This document shows positions 27,211 through 36,810 of a stretch of DNA of 64,000 nt, piece after piece. The position numbers and the translations under genes are program-made. The DNA lies in assembly GCA_002316545.1 (NCBI GenBank), contig DCDR01000002.1:18248-82247 (forward strand). Direction: 5' to 3'. Positions within the stretch are counted from its first letter, which is position 1, and each line of letters begins with the position of its first letter. Below the pieces are notes generated by a model that was given only the letters and a program-made list of their open reading frames with translations, ran no database searches and was not told where the DNA came from. The stretch comes from Candidatus Saccharibacteria bacterium UBA1050 (lineage in GTDB: Bacteria; Patescibacteriota; Saccharimonadia; Saccharimonadales; Saccharimonadaceae).

Positions 27211-27905
27211 TAGGCTGCCCTTCCTTGTCGGTAGCTTCCCTGTGCTTGGTCGCTGGTAATTTTACCATGGTCAAGCGTGACCACTCGTCGCTTGAGCTTG
27301 TTTACGATTTCAACATTGTGGGTGGTTAACAGAACAGTGGTGCCGTAGTGGTTAATTTTTTCAAGCAATCGCACGATGTCCCAGCTGTGCTTTGGGTCAA
27401 GGTTTCCGGTTGGCTCATCGGCAATCAAAATTTTTGGCTGACGCACCACGGCGCGCGCAATCGCTACTCGCTGGCGCTCACCACCACTCAACTGGTGCGG
27501 AAAGCTCTTCTCTTTCCCTGTTAGCCCCACCAGTTCGATAACTTTCGGTACCGTGCTTTTAATTTCACGATTGGTCATGCCAGCAATTTCTAACGCAAAT
27601 GCCACGTTTTCATACACAGTTCGCTGTGGGAGCAACTTGAAATCTTGAAAGACAACGCCAATTTTGCGTCGTAGCAGTGGAATATGCTTGTCTTTTAGGT
27701 GGTCGTAATCTATCCCACCAACGACTATTTTGCCACTGGTCGGCTTTTCTTCACGAGTTAACAGCTTAAGAAGAGTTGATTTACCCGCACCACTGGTTCC
27801 CACTAGAATAACAAACTCGCGCGGTTCGACGTGCAAGCTAATACGACTAAGCGCAGGCTTCATGCTTTTGCCGTATGTTTTTGTTACCCTATCTAACAAA
27901 ATCAT
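27210..27905 (-). CDS. ftsE: Cell-division ATP-binding protein FtsE
   Basis: Walker A GTSGAGKST, signature LSGGERQRVAIARA, Walker B ILIADEPTGNLD. Confidence 0.85.
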   Translation of the reverse strand: MILLDRVTKTYGKSMKPALSRISLHVEPREFVILVGTSGAGKSTLLKLLTREEKPTSGKIVVGGIDYDHLKDKHIPLLRRKIGVVFQDFKLLPQRTVYENVAFALEIAGMTNREIKSTVPKVIELVGLTGKEKSFPHQLSGGERQRVAIARAVVRQPKILIADEPTGNLDPKHSWDIVRLLEKINHYGTTVLLTTHNVEIVNKLKRRVVTLDHGKITSDQAQGSYRQGRAA

Positions 27906-27940
27906 TACTGTACATATTATAGCATAAGCGTCGCTGTTAT

Positions 27941-29056
27941 TTAGTAGTTGCTACTTTGGTAGCGAGTTGCTAATTCGTAGCAAACCTTACCCTTTTTGTG
28001 AGCGTACGTGCTTGGGCTTGTGTCGCGCTGATCCGAGGTTGGCGTAGTGTAGTCGTAACTACTGTAGTAGTCGCTCTCGGCCTTGTAGGTCACGCATAGA
28101 TCATATTCAAATGTATACAAGCGAGGTTGGTCTGTGGGTGCGTCGGTAGCTGGAGTGGTAATCTTCGAAATATTATCACTCATACCAAGCGGCTTGTAGT
28201 CTACTAGGTTCTTAGTAAGGAGTAGTTTTGCGTCACCTTTCAAATCGCCCTTTATATCATTTAGCGACTTCGGCAATGCTGTCTGACTGTTTGCATAGTC
28301 GTTAATAGCCGTACTTACCTGTCCAAGATTATCTGATATTAATCTGTCATCTCTGGTGAAACGTGCCTGAGCGGCAGGACCCGCGATGCCAAGTGCGGTT
28401 ACTATTACCACTACTACAATCATAAACACCCAATATACCAGCGCCGCTCGTTTGAACCATTTCGGGTTAAGCGTTCGAATCAGCGTCATGCCATATACAA
28501 CCGCAACTATAATGAAACTAATAAGCGTACTGAGCGGCCCACTGTTATCTCCGTACGCACTGTCGCCAATCAGCATACGCACGATAGCAAACACTGCCAC
28601 AATAAGCGAACCGATTCCAAACAGTGCAAATAGTACGGTATGGATTATCATTATTACCATAGCGGCACCGGTTTTGTGTTCTGGCTCTTGTCGAGCGTAA
28701 AAAATATCACACACCAGTGATATAACAAACAATACGATAACCGCTGCTAACGAATACGCAATCATGCCGTCTAAGTAACCAGAGCCAGCGGAAGTATCGA
28801 TAAAGTAATTTACACTCATGACGGTTAGCCAAGCCAACGCGAGCACTGTCCAACCCCAGAACGCATACGTGAGCCACTGAAGCACTAATAGTCCAGGTGA
28901 ATTGTGTGAAGTACTTGCAATAGGAGCGGCCGGCGTTGCGATAAGCGGCTTAGGCACAATATGTACGGTTGATTCAGGCGACGATTGAGGATCAACTACC
29001 GGCTGTGTTTCATCAACTTGCGCTTCATTTGGTGTAGTACTATCATTTTCTTGCAT
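27941..29056 (-). CDS. Polytopic membrane protein with a pilin-like C-terminal ectodomain
   Basis: 371 aa with about 6 TM helices. After the last helix comes AQARFTRDDRLISDNLGQVSTAINDYANSQTALPKSL, and there are two distal Cys residues (DLCVTY.., KVCYE). Confidence 0.55.
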   Translation of the reverse strand: MQENDSTTPNEAQVDETQPVVDPQSSPESTVHIVPKPLIATPAAPIASTSHNSPGLLVLQWLTYAFWGWTVLALAWLTVMSVNYFIDTSAGSGYLDGMIAYSLAAVIVLFVISLVCDIFYARQEPEHKTGAAMVIMIIHTVLFALFGIGSLIVAVFAIVRMLIGDSAYGDNSGPLSTLISFIIVAVVYGMTLIRTLNPKWFKRAALVYWVFMIVVVVIVTALGIAGPAAQARFTRDDRLISDNLGQVSTAINDYANSQTALPKSLNDIKGDLKGDAKLLLTKNLVDYKPLGMSDNISKITTPATDAPTDQPRLYTFEYDLCVTYKAESDYYSSYDYTTPTSDQRDTSPSTYAHKKGKVCYELATRYQSSNY

Positions 29057-29101
29057 AGTTATTCCCGCTTACGTTTCTGGCTTAACTATAGCAGAAATTA
29101 G

Positions 29102-30175
29102 TTAGGGTTGCTCTAAGTACGCCACCATAAATTCGTTGAGTTTGCCATCAAGCACCGATTTTGCGTCGTTGTCTTCATGCTTCGTACGTGTATCTTTTAC
29201 CAATGTGTATGGGTGTAGCACGTAGTTGCGAATTTGGCTTCCCCAGTTTGCGCTCTCACCTGCCTTTAGTTCGCTTAAACTTTCGGCGTGCTGTTCAATT
29301 TGTAGTTGCGCTAGCTTCGAGCGTAGAATCTTCAGCGCAGTTTCTTTGTTTTGCAGCTGGCTTCGTTCGTTTTGAATGGCCACGACAATGTTGGTTGGCA
29401 TATGCGTCACACGTACGGCACTGTCCGTGGTATTAACACTTTGTCCACCATGACCACCTGCGCGGTACACATCAATTTTTAAATCTTTTTCCTCTAATTG
29501 CACTTCGTCCGGTGCATCGATTTGCGGCAATACTTCTACGAGCGCAAAGCTGGTTTGTCGCAAATTATCGCTATTGAACGGACTGAGCCGAACCAGCCGA
29601 TGCACGCCATGTTCAGAGCGTAGTTTTCCATAGGCATACGGCCCAGCTACTTCAATCACCGATGTTTTTATACCAGCCTCTTCACCAGTTGATCGTTCAA
29701 CGAGCTTGGTTTCCATGCCTGCTTTCTCAGCCCAGCGAAGATACATACGCTCACACATCTCCGCCCAATCTTGTGCGTCGGTACCACCTACACCGGCGGT
29801 AATACGCAAAATTGCGTTATGGTCATCGTATTTGCCGTTGAATAGGAGCTCTTTCTTACGAGCTGCAAACTCTTGCTCTAGTGCATTAAGCTGTGTTTCA
29901 AACTCTTCCTGCATGGACGCATCGCCAAGTTCAATTAGTTCAGCAATATCTGTTAGCTGCGCATGCAGCACGTCCCATGGTTCTATCTGCATTCGCAAAT
30001 TAGCCGCTTGCTTGCTTATGTCTTGTGCATGGGTTGGATTATGCCAAATTTCAGGAACAGCCAGCTCATCATCGAGTTTTGCGAGCTGGGCACGTTTTTC
30101 ACTAAGTCGCAGGCGCTCCATAGCTGCTTGGACATTGCTCCCCAGAGCCTGAGCACGTTTTTTAAGTGGTTGCAT
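29102..30175 (-). CDS. prfB: Peptide chain release factor 2, encoded in a single frame
   Basis: SPF tripeptide (LVRLSPFNS) and GGQ motif ([21 protein letters not shown]). The 357 aa are contiguous, so no +1 frameshift site is required. Confidence 0.9.
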   Translation of the reverse strand: MQPLKKRAQALGSNVQAAMERLRLSEKRAQLAKLDDELAVPEIWHNPTHAQDISKQAANLRMQIEPWDVLHAQLTDIAELIELGDASMQEEFETQLNALEQEFAARKKELLFNGKYDDHNAILRITAGVGGTDAQDWAEMCERMYLRWAEKAGMETKLVERSTGEEAGIKTSVIEVAGPYAYGKLRSEHGVHRLVRLSPFNSDNLRQTSFALVEVLPQIDAPDEVQLEEKDLKIDVYRAGGHGGQSVNTTDSAVRVTHMPTNIVVAIQNERSQLQNKETALKILRSKLAQLQIEQHAESLSELKAGESANWGSQIRNYVLHPYTLVKDTRTKHEDNDAKSVLDGKLNEFMVAYLEQP

Positions 30176-30182
30176 TACTGTT

Positions 30183-31463
30183 TTATTGTATCATCTGTAG
30201 AGCCCAAGGTTGCACTGGGTATTCTGCGTCGATATCAAACGTACTAACTGGTACGTCAAACGCAAGGCCATCATAGCCTTGAGCTAAGGCTAGGTGGTAG
30301 GCTGCCCGAAGCTCATCTACTTCCCCTACGCATTCGAATGGTTTTATTACTCCATCTATGCCCAGCAATCCCTTGAAATATTCTTCTAGCTCAGGTTTTT
30401 TGAATAGATTTTCTGAAAATACATTGAGCAGTTCGGCTTCATCAACAAACGCTGCGAAAAGTAAGAAGCTGTTGGCGCACTTCGGGCAAGCTCCACACCA
30501 GCTAAGGTTGTGATTATCATGTCCTAGCTGATAGTTTGCCACATTACATGACGAAAACTGTCGTCCGTACTTTTCCCAGCAATGTTCGACAAACAACCTT
30601 GCAACTTTTAACTCGCTGTACGCACGTAGCGGCGAACCGACTCGAATCGCGCCAACATATTTCTCAATGTACGACTGAAGGAGTTGTTCAGCAGGCCAAG
30701 TTTTTGACCACTGGTGGGTTACAGCATAGTCGCCAATAAACGCATGTGGCTCTTCACCTTCGTGCCCAATTGCAGCGAGCACAGTGTTTTTGCCCTGCAA
30801 AATTGCATGGATTACCGCATAACTTTGTAAGATTGCCGTTATTGGCACATGCCCGTTCAGCGCGCCATCTTGGTTTGCGGCTTTCAGCGCCTCCATGTCT
30901 ACCTTGCGAATTGGGTGTGATACTTCATACGGGAGAATTTTTATTACTTCGGGCATTGAGGCTGATTGTGAAATATACCAAGGTGTATACGGGCTATTTT
31001 CTGACTGAAGTAGCTGAGCAAGTAATAGTGAATCTTTTCCCCCACTCTGTAGCAGTAGTGTACCATCGCCACTATATTCTGCTGGTGCTGCAGACTCGGT
31101 TGTCGTTACTTCAAAGCTGGCGATATCGCTCGGGTTAAGACTATTCTCGTACACAAACTGGCTCAGGCCTTGGTGATACACAGTAGTGAAATAAACAGCC
31201 TGCTCCTCTGTAATGCTAACATTTTTTACGATTACCTTTCGTGTTGGGAATGCCTTATAGTACGAAACTCCTGCCAGCATAAAGGCCAATTGCAAGGCAT
31301 TCTCTAGAGTCCCTTCGTTGTAGTGCGATGACGCCGAAAACGTAACTCGCTCTACAAACTCCCGTTGCTCGTCGAAGCTATAACGAAACTCGGCCACACC
31401 TGTTGTACTGTCATAGCTATATGATTCGAAAATAAATGCCTGGTATGGTGACTGGTAGCTCAT
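30183..31463 (-). CDS. murL: PP-loop ATPase family protein, probable UDP-MurNAc-L-Ala-L-Glu epimerase (MurL-like)
   Basis: 426 aa with the PP-loop LLLQSGGKDSLL and a Cys cluster SSCNV..WCGACPKCANSF. Its start overlaps the murD stop by 4 nt. The assignment rests on gene context and my recollection of the MurD2-MurL pair. Confidence 0.55.
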   Translation of the reverse strand: MSYQSPYQAFIFESYSYDSTTGVAEFRYSFDEQREFVERVTFSASSHYNEGTLENALQLAFMLAGVSYYKAFPTRKVIVKNVSITEEQAVYFTTVYHQGLSQFVYENSLNPSDIASFEVTTTESAAPAEYSGDGTLLLQSGGKDSLLLAQLLQSENSPYTPWYISQSASMPEVIKILPYEVSHPIRKVDMEALKAANQDGALNGHVPITAILQSYAVIHAILQGKNTVLAAIGHEGEEPHAFIGDYAVTHQWSKTWPAEQLLQSYIEKYVGAIRVGSPLRAYSELKVARLFVEHCWEKYGRQFSSCNVANYQLGHDNHNLSWCGACPKCANSFLLFAAFVDEAELLNVFSENLFKKPELEEYFKGLLGIDGVIKPFECVGEVDELRAAYHLALAQGYDGLAFDVPVSTFDIDAEYPVQPWALQMIQ

Positions 31464-32758
31464 AGCCCTTCAACGATTGTGATAAATTTTTCACCGCGCT
31501 CGGTAAAATTCGTGAACATGTCGAAACTCGCACACGCTGGACTTAGCACTACTACATCACCAGCCTTTGCCTTGGCGACTGCAAAGTGAACAATTTCTTC
31601 AAAGTTGGTCGATTCAAGTACGGAAAAGCCCGTTGTATCATCCATGCCCACGCCAACGAGTGCGTCCCGAATTGCCTGCCTGGTCTGACCATAAATTACG
31701 ACGTGCTTTACGCTGCTATTCTTTACCTCCCGCGCAAGTTCTTCGTATGATGCGCCTTTGTCGTAGCCACCAAGCAGTAGAATTTGCGGCTCGGTATGAG
31801 CACGAACTGCAGCAATGGCCGCGGCAGGAGCAGATGAATAACTATCGTCAAAATATCGCACACCGTTTACTTCACGAATAAACTTAAGTCGATGTGGAAG
31901 CCCGTCAAAGTTCCGTAAGCCTTGCTCAATCGCCTGAAAATCTTGCGTATATTCAAGGCTAGCAGAAATTGCCGCGCAGGCATTTTCAATATTGTGTTCG
32001 CCCGGAATCTGCATAGCCTCAACCGAACAGATTACAGCGTCGTTTTGCATAAATGACCCGTCCGAAACATAGGCAGCACCGTCATCTTTTGTTCCGTAAC
32101 GTTTTGCTTTGGCGGTTTCATACATGGTCGCGATTCGTCGAGAAAATTGGTAGGTTGGGTGGTAATATACCGTTTGGTCGCTGGTCATGTAACGAACAAT
32201 CTGAGCTTTAGCGGTAATGTATTCTTCCATGCCGTGATGCACGTCCATATGATCTTGCTCTACTTTTAGTACGACCGCTGTTTGCGGCGATTTCTCGATG
32301 TCCCATAGTTGAAAGCTACTTGCTTCAAACACCACGATATCAGTGGCCTGTATTTTGTTTAGTTCAGCCAGTGCAGGCACTCCGATATTACCTACCAAAT
32401 GCACGGTTTTGCCAGCAGCTCTAAGAATACTCGCGATCAAGCTGCAAGTTGTTCCCTTGCCCTTTGTGCCTGTTACTCCGATGATTGGCGCTTCGCATCT
32501 CGCGAAGAATTCATTGGTCGCACTCCAAATTTTGCCATTGGTTACAATTTTGTCAGGTCGAAGACTGGCTGTTCGTACCACCATATCGAATTCAGCTAAC
32601 TTGCCAAATGCGCCTTCGCCCAACATGGTTGCAGCTCCAGCTGGAAGGTCGGTTAATTGCTCACGTTCGTCAACAATCGTTAGTTCGTTACCGGGCTTGT
32701 TCCAATAGTCGTAGTTAGCCCTGCCTTCTTTCCCAAACCCTGCAATCGCTATCTTCAT
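31460..32758 (-). CDS. murD: UDP-N-acetylmuramoylalanine--glutamate ligase (MurD or MurD2)
   Basis: Mur-ligase P-loop IGVTGTKGKGTT. The N-terminal Rossmann region is IAIAGFGKEGRA. 432 aa. Confidence 0.85.
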   Translation of the reverse strand: MKIAIAGFGKEGRANYDYWNKPGNELTIVDEREQLTDLPAGAATMLGEGAFGKLAEFDMVVRTASLRPDKIVTNGKIWSATNEFFARCEAPIIGVTGTKGKGTTCSLIASILRAAGKTVHLVGNIGVPALAELNKIQATDIVVFEASSFQLWDIEKSPQTAVVLKVEQDHMDVHHGMEEYITAKAQIVRYMTSDQTVYYHPTYQFSRRIATMYETAKAKRYGTKDDGAAYVSDGSFMQNDAVICSVEAMQIPGEHNIENACAAISASLEYTQDFQAIEQGLRNFDGLPHRLKFIREVNGVRYFDDSYSSAPAAAIAAVRAHTEPQILLLGGYDKGASYEELAREVKNSSVKHVVIYGQTRQAIRDALVGVGMDDTTGFSVLESTNFEEIVHFAVAKAKAGDVVVLSPACASFDMFTNFTERGEKFITIVEGL

Positions 32759-32767
32759 AGTGCTAGT

Positions 32768-34054
32768 TTACGCCTGATGAAATAATGTGTCGAACTTTTC
32801 TGCTAGCTCTACAATATCTTGCTTTTCACCGCTGCTTACGCCTGCCAGCACCCACGTACCGTGTGCGATAAATGAGTGAGCGGTTGTCATCATCAAGTCA
32901 CGGGTAATATGATTGATGGCATGTGGCACTTTTTCATAATCTTTTACCACGCCATCAGCGAAGTAACGATTGGTATAAAAATTGCTAATTTGCGACACGG
33001 TTTGCGCGCCCATTTGGTGACGACCAAGCGCATACGATTTGGCAGCTTCAAGTTCTTTTTCAGTAATTTTTCCGTCTAGCACGCACTGAATTTCACGCAC
33101 GATGATGTCGAATAGCGGACGAGCGGTTTCAAGGTTAACCTGACCTCCAAAGTCCCAGCTGCTATCATGAAACCCAGCAGAGGTATCAGAGAACATGTGG
33201 TATGCCAAACCCTTGGCACGAGCAGCTCCGAAAATACGTGAGTGTGTAGTGCCAGTAAGAATATGATCAAGTGCATCCATCGCGTCAGATTCGTCATCGC
33301 TAATTTCGCGTGGCACCATCATGCTCAAACCAAACGTGAGGTTTGATGCTTCTTTACGTCGAATGAGCGTAGCATTTCCACTTGAAAGTTCATCGCGCGG
33401 GACGCTAAATCGTTCACCTTCGCGTAGCTCCCATGCTTCAAGTTGGCGAATAATTTCACTTTTTCGACCATGCAACTTTCCGGCGATTACGAAGCGCATG
33501 TTTTTGGCGGTATGGGTACGCTTGTGGTGTTCCTTGATGTCGGTAAGGCTAACGTTACTAATTGTTTGAAGCCGCTGCCAAAAAGTGAGCGTATCCTCAC
33601 CAAGCATTTGTTGAATTTTTGGCCATAGCACACGGTTGTGGTTGTTCAAAAATCCGGTTAATTCGCTACGAACATTCCCTTTTTCGGCTTCTAATTCTTC
33701 TTCGCTAAATCGTGGCTGACAAATTGCTACTTGCTGAAGCTGCAAAATCCGTTCCCACTCAAAGTCCGCACAATCTGCCACATACACCATGCTTAGATCC
33801 GATGTATAGGCATTGTGATACGCACCATTTTTTGTAAACTCTGCTTCGTATTCGTGCTCACTTTTAAACTGAGCATTAGCGCCAAAGGCCATATGTTCCA
33901 TAATGTGCGCAGTTTCGTAGATGTCTTTATTTTTCGTGTAGCGGTTGCCAGCACGAAACTGAAACTGAAAACTCATTACGGTTGCGCCTGGTACGTCTAT
34001 CAGTAGTCCGCTTGCGCCGTTTTTTAACTTAACTTCCTGCGTTGTATGTTTCAC
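32768..34054 (-). CDS. M16 (pitrilysin/insulinase) family zinc peptidase
   Basis: Inverted zinc motif HxxEH in TAHIMEHMAFG; 428 aa. Confidence 0.8.
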   Translation of the reverse strand: MKHTTQEVKLKNGASGLLIDVPGATVMSFQFQFRAGNRYTKNKDIYETAHIMEHMAFGANAQFKSEHEYEAEFTKNGAYHNAYTSDLSMVYVADCADFEWERILQLQQVAICQPRFSEEELEAEKGNVRSELTGFLNNHNRVLWPKIQQMLGEDTLTFWQRLQTISNVSLTDIKEHHKRTHTAKNMRFVIAGKLHGRKSEIIRQLEAWELREGERFSVPRDELSSGNATLIRRKEASNLTFGLSMMVPREISDDESDAMDALDHILTGTTHSRIFGAARAKGLAYHMFSDTSAGFHDSSWDFGGQVNLETARPLFDIIVREIQCVLDGKITEKELEAAKSYALGRHQMGAQTVSQISNFYTNRYFADGVVKDYEKVPHAINHITRDLMMTTAHSFIAHGTWVLAGVSSGEKQDIVELAEKFDTLFHQA

Positions 34055-34084
34055 GTAGTCTTACTTTCTGCCCACAGAGTTAGG

Positions 34085-36715
34085 TTACTTACGGCCTTTT
34101 TTACGGTTTTGTCGTTGTGACTTTTTCTTCTTGCGAGCTGCATTTTTCTGCCGGTTCAGCTCGGCATTACTTTTTACTTTTGTTACCTTAAAGTCGTCAT
34201 CACGGTTTGCTTCACCACTGTCGATTTCATTAACACCACGCTCAACAGATGTTTCTGCAAGTCGAGTAAGCTCAGTATCATGTTGTTCATCGCCAGACGT
34301 AATTGCGTCGTGCCGGTGTACATGCATAACCGCTCGAAGTACTTCATCACGAAGGCTCGCCTGCAAGCCATCAAACAATTTTTGAGACTCGCTACGATAT
34401 TCAACCAACGGGTCACGTTGGCCAACACTTCGCCAGTGAATTCCATCCCGAAGGTGCTGCATGTTTTCGAGGTGCTGCATCCACAGTGTATCAAGCACTT
34501 GCAAGTAGACGTCTCGCTCTACTCGACGTAGCGCGTCAGATTCAATCTCTTTTTCTTTGTCGTCGTACATTTTTTGTGCAAATTCAAGCGCCTTATCAAA
34601 ACGAGCTTTGTCTTTTTTAATCGCACCGATTTCTTCTAAGTCGGCTGTTTTCGCCGCAGCGAATACCGCTTCGAATTCATCAAAGAAATTCGGGTTATTA
34701 CGGGCTGGAAGTACGGTTAGTTCACGAATTTTTTCCTGTAGTAGTCGTTCTATCTCTGGCTTGATGTTGTCGCCTTCAAGAATCTTGCGGCGCATCGTGT
34801 ATACCACGCGTCGGTGACGATTGATCACATTGTCGTACTGCACCACATTTTTACGAGTATCGAAGTGATAGCCCTCAACACGTTTTTGAGCAGCTTCAAG
34901 TGTACGAGAAACAGCCTTATTTTGAATCGGGGTTTCTTCGTCGACGCCTAGTCTATCCATCAAGCTAGCGATTCGCTCACCCTGGAAGATACGCATCAGA
35001 TCGTCTTCGGTGCTGACAAAGAATTGTGTTTCGCCCGGGTCTCCCTGGCGACCACCACGACCACGAAGCTGGTTGTCGATACGACGGGATTCGTGACGTT
35101 CACTACCGATTACCACGAGACCACCAAGCTCTTTCACGCCTGGCGCAAGCTTAATGTCGGTACCACGACCAGCAATGTTTGTTGCTAACGTAATCGCGCC
35201 TTTTTCACCAGCCTTCGCAACAATCGCTGCCTCGCGCTCGTTGTTCTTGGCGTTCAAAATCTCATAAGGAATTTTCTCTTTGTCGAGCCACGCAGCGATA
35301 AGCTCGTTTTTAGCAATCGACGCTGAACCCACCAGAACCGGGCGACCTGCTTCGTGATGTACTTTTATCGCTTCAGCGACGGCTTTAAGTTTGCCCTTTT
35401 CAGTCTTGAAAATCAAATCATCTTTGTCGTTGCGAATAACCGGCCTGTTAGACGGAATCTGCACCACGTCGAGGCTGTAGATCTGCTGAAACTCTTCTGC
35501 CTCGGTAAATGCGGTTCCGGTCATACCACTCAATTTGTTGTACAAACGGAAATAGTTCTGGAATGAAATCGTCGCAAGAGTCATGCTTTCCTGAAGCACA
35601 GCCACACCTTCTTTAGCTTCAATTGCTTGGTGTAAGCCTTCGTTGTAGCGACGGCCTTGCATCAAACGACCAGTGTGCTCGTCGACAATAATCACTTCGC
35701 CATCATTGGTCACTACGTAGTCTTTATCTCGCTGAAAGACCACTTGCGCCTTCAAAGCCTGGTCGAGGTGGTAGACAGTTCGAACATATTCTGGGGTGAA
35801 TAAGTTTTTTATACCCAACATTTTTTGTACGCGATCAACACCTTCGTCACTCAACGAAACGCTTCGACGTTTTTCGTCGAAAATATAATCTTCGGGAGTT
35901 AGTTTCGCAGCAACTTTGGCGAACTGATAGTAGCTATCCGGGTTTTCTGCAGCAGGCGCACTAATAATAAGCGGTGTTCGTGCCTCGTCGATAAGAATTG
36001 AGTCTACCTCGTCGACAATCGCGAAGTTTAGTTCGCGCTGGCGAAGCAATTCGACATCGTCCACCATGTTGTCGCGCAAGTAATCGAACCCAAATTCGTT
36101 GTTAGTGCCGTAGGTTACATCAGCAGCATAGGCTTCTTTACGCGTGCATGGGCGCAACTTGCGCATACGTGGGTCATCGTGGGCTTCATTGTCGTAATCT
36201 TTATCGTACAAAAAGGATGCGTCGTTGATAATACAGCCAGTCGATAGCCCGAGAAAATCGTATAGTTCACCATTCCAGCCTGCGTCACGCTGCGCAAGGT
36301 AATCGTTTACCGTTACCACGTGTACGCCCTTGCCTTCGAGTGCGTTCAAATACACTGGTAGCGTCGCCACCAAAGTTTTACCTTCACCAGTTTTCATTTC
36401 TGCAACGTTACCTTCGTGCAACGCCATACCACCAATCAGCTGCACGTCGAAGTGCCGCATGCCAAGCACGCGGTCGCTTGCTTCGCGCACCAATGCAAAT
36501 GCATCTGGCAATAAATCGTCAAGCTTGGTACCTTTTTTCGCCAGACGTTTTTTCAGTACGTCAGTTTGCTTTTTCAACTCTGGTTTGGACATTTTTTTGT
36601 ATTTGTCCTCGAGCTGATTAACTGCAGTTACTTTTTTCTGAAGACCCTTTACAATCCGCTTCTGCGGGTCACCAAAAATCTTTGTTAAAACCTTTTGCCG
36701 GTTCAGTGTAGGCAT
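34085..36715 (-). CDS. secA: Preprotein translocase ATPase SecA
   Basis: 876 aa with MKTGEGKTLVATLP (Walker A), the DEVDSILIDEARTPLIIS DEAD-like box, and a Lys-rich C-terminal tail without Cys. Confidence 0.95.
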   Translation of the reverse strand: MPTLNRQKVLTKIFGDPQKRIVKGLQKKVTAVNQLEDKYKKMSKPELKKQTDVLKKRLAKKGTKLDDLLPDAFALVREASDRVLGMRHFDVQLIGGMALHEGNVAEMKTGEGKTLVATLPVYLNALEGKGVHVVTVNDYLAQRDAGWNGELYDFLGLSTGCIINDASFLYDKDYDNEAHDDPRMRKLRPCTRKEAYAADVTYGTNNEFGFDYLRDNMVDDVELLRQRELNFAIVDEVDSILIDEARTPLIISAPAAENPDSYYQFAKVAAKLTPEDYIFDEKRRSVSLSDEGVDRVQKMLGIKNLFTPEYVRTVYHLDQALKAQVVFQRDKDYVVTNDGEVIIVDEHTGRLMQGRRYNEGLHQAIEAKEGVAVLQESMTLATISFQNYFRLYNKLSGMTGTAFTEAEEFQQIYSLDVVQIPSNRPVIRNDKDDLIFKTEKGKLKAVAEAIKVHHEAGRPVLVGSASIAKNELIAAWLDKEKIPYEILNAKNNEREAAIVAKAGEKGAITLATNIAGRGTDIKLAPGVKELGGLVVIGSERHESRRIDNQLRGRGGRQGDPGETQFFVSTEDDLMRIFQGERIASLMDRLGVDEETPIQNKAVSRTLEAAQKRVEGYHFDTRKNVVQYDNVINRHRRVVYTMRRKILEGDNIKPEIERLLQEKIRELTVLPARNNPNFFDEFEAVFAAAKTADLEEIGAIKKDKARFDKALEFAQKMYDDKEKEIESDALRRVERDVYLQVLDTLWMQHLENMQHLRDGIHWRSVGQRDPLVEYRSESQKLFDGLQASLRDEVLRAVMHVHRHDAITSGDEQHDTELTRLAETSVERGVNEIDSGEANRDDDFKVTKVKSNAELNRQKNAARKKKKSQRQNRKKGRK

Positions 36716-36810
36716 GTTCTCGTCCCTCTACTTCTTGGAAATTTCTGTCTAAACTTCTACATATTATACTCTGTTTCAAGCATATATAAAAGAGGTCGGA
36801 AGAAGTTTTA

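Noticed and set aside
29102-30175. I looked for the programmed +1 frameshift (CTT TGA C) typical of prfB.
   Set aside because: The RF2 ORF is contiguous from Met1 through the SPF and GGQ motifs (357 aa), so no frameshift site is needed. RF1 and RF2 are both present, which argues for standard code 11 with no UGA reassignment.
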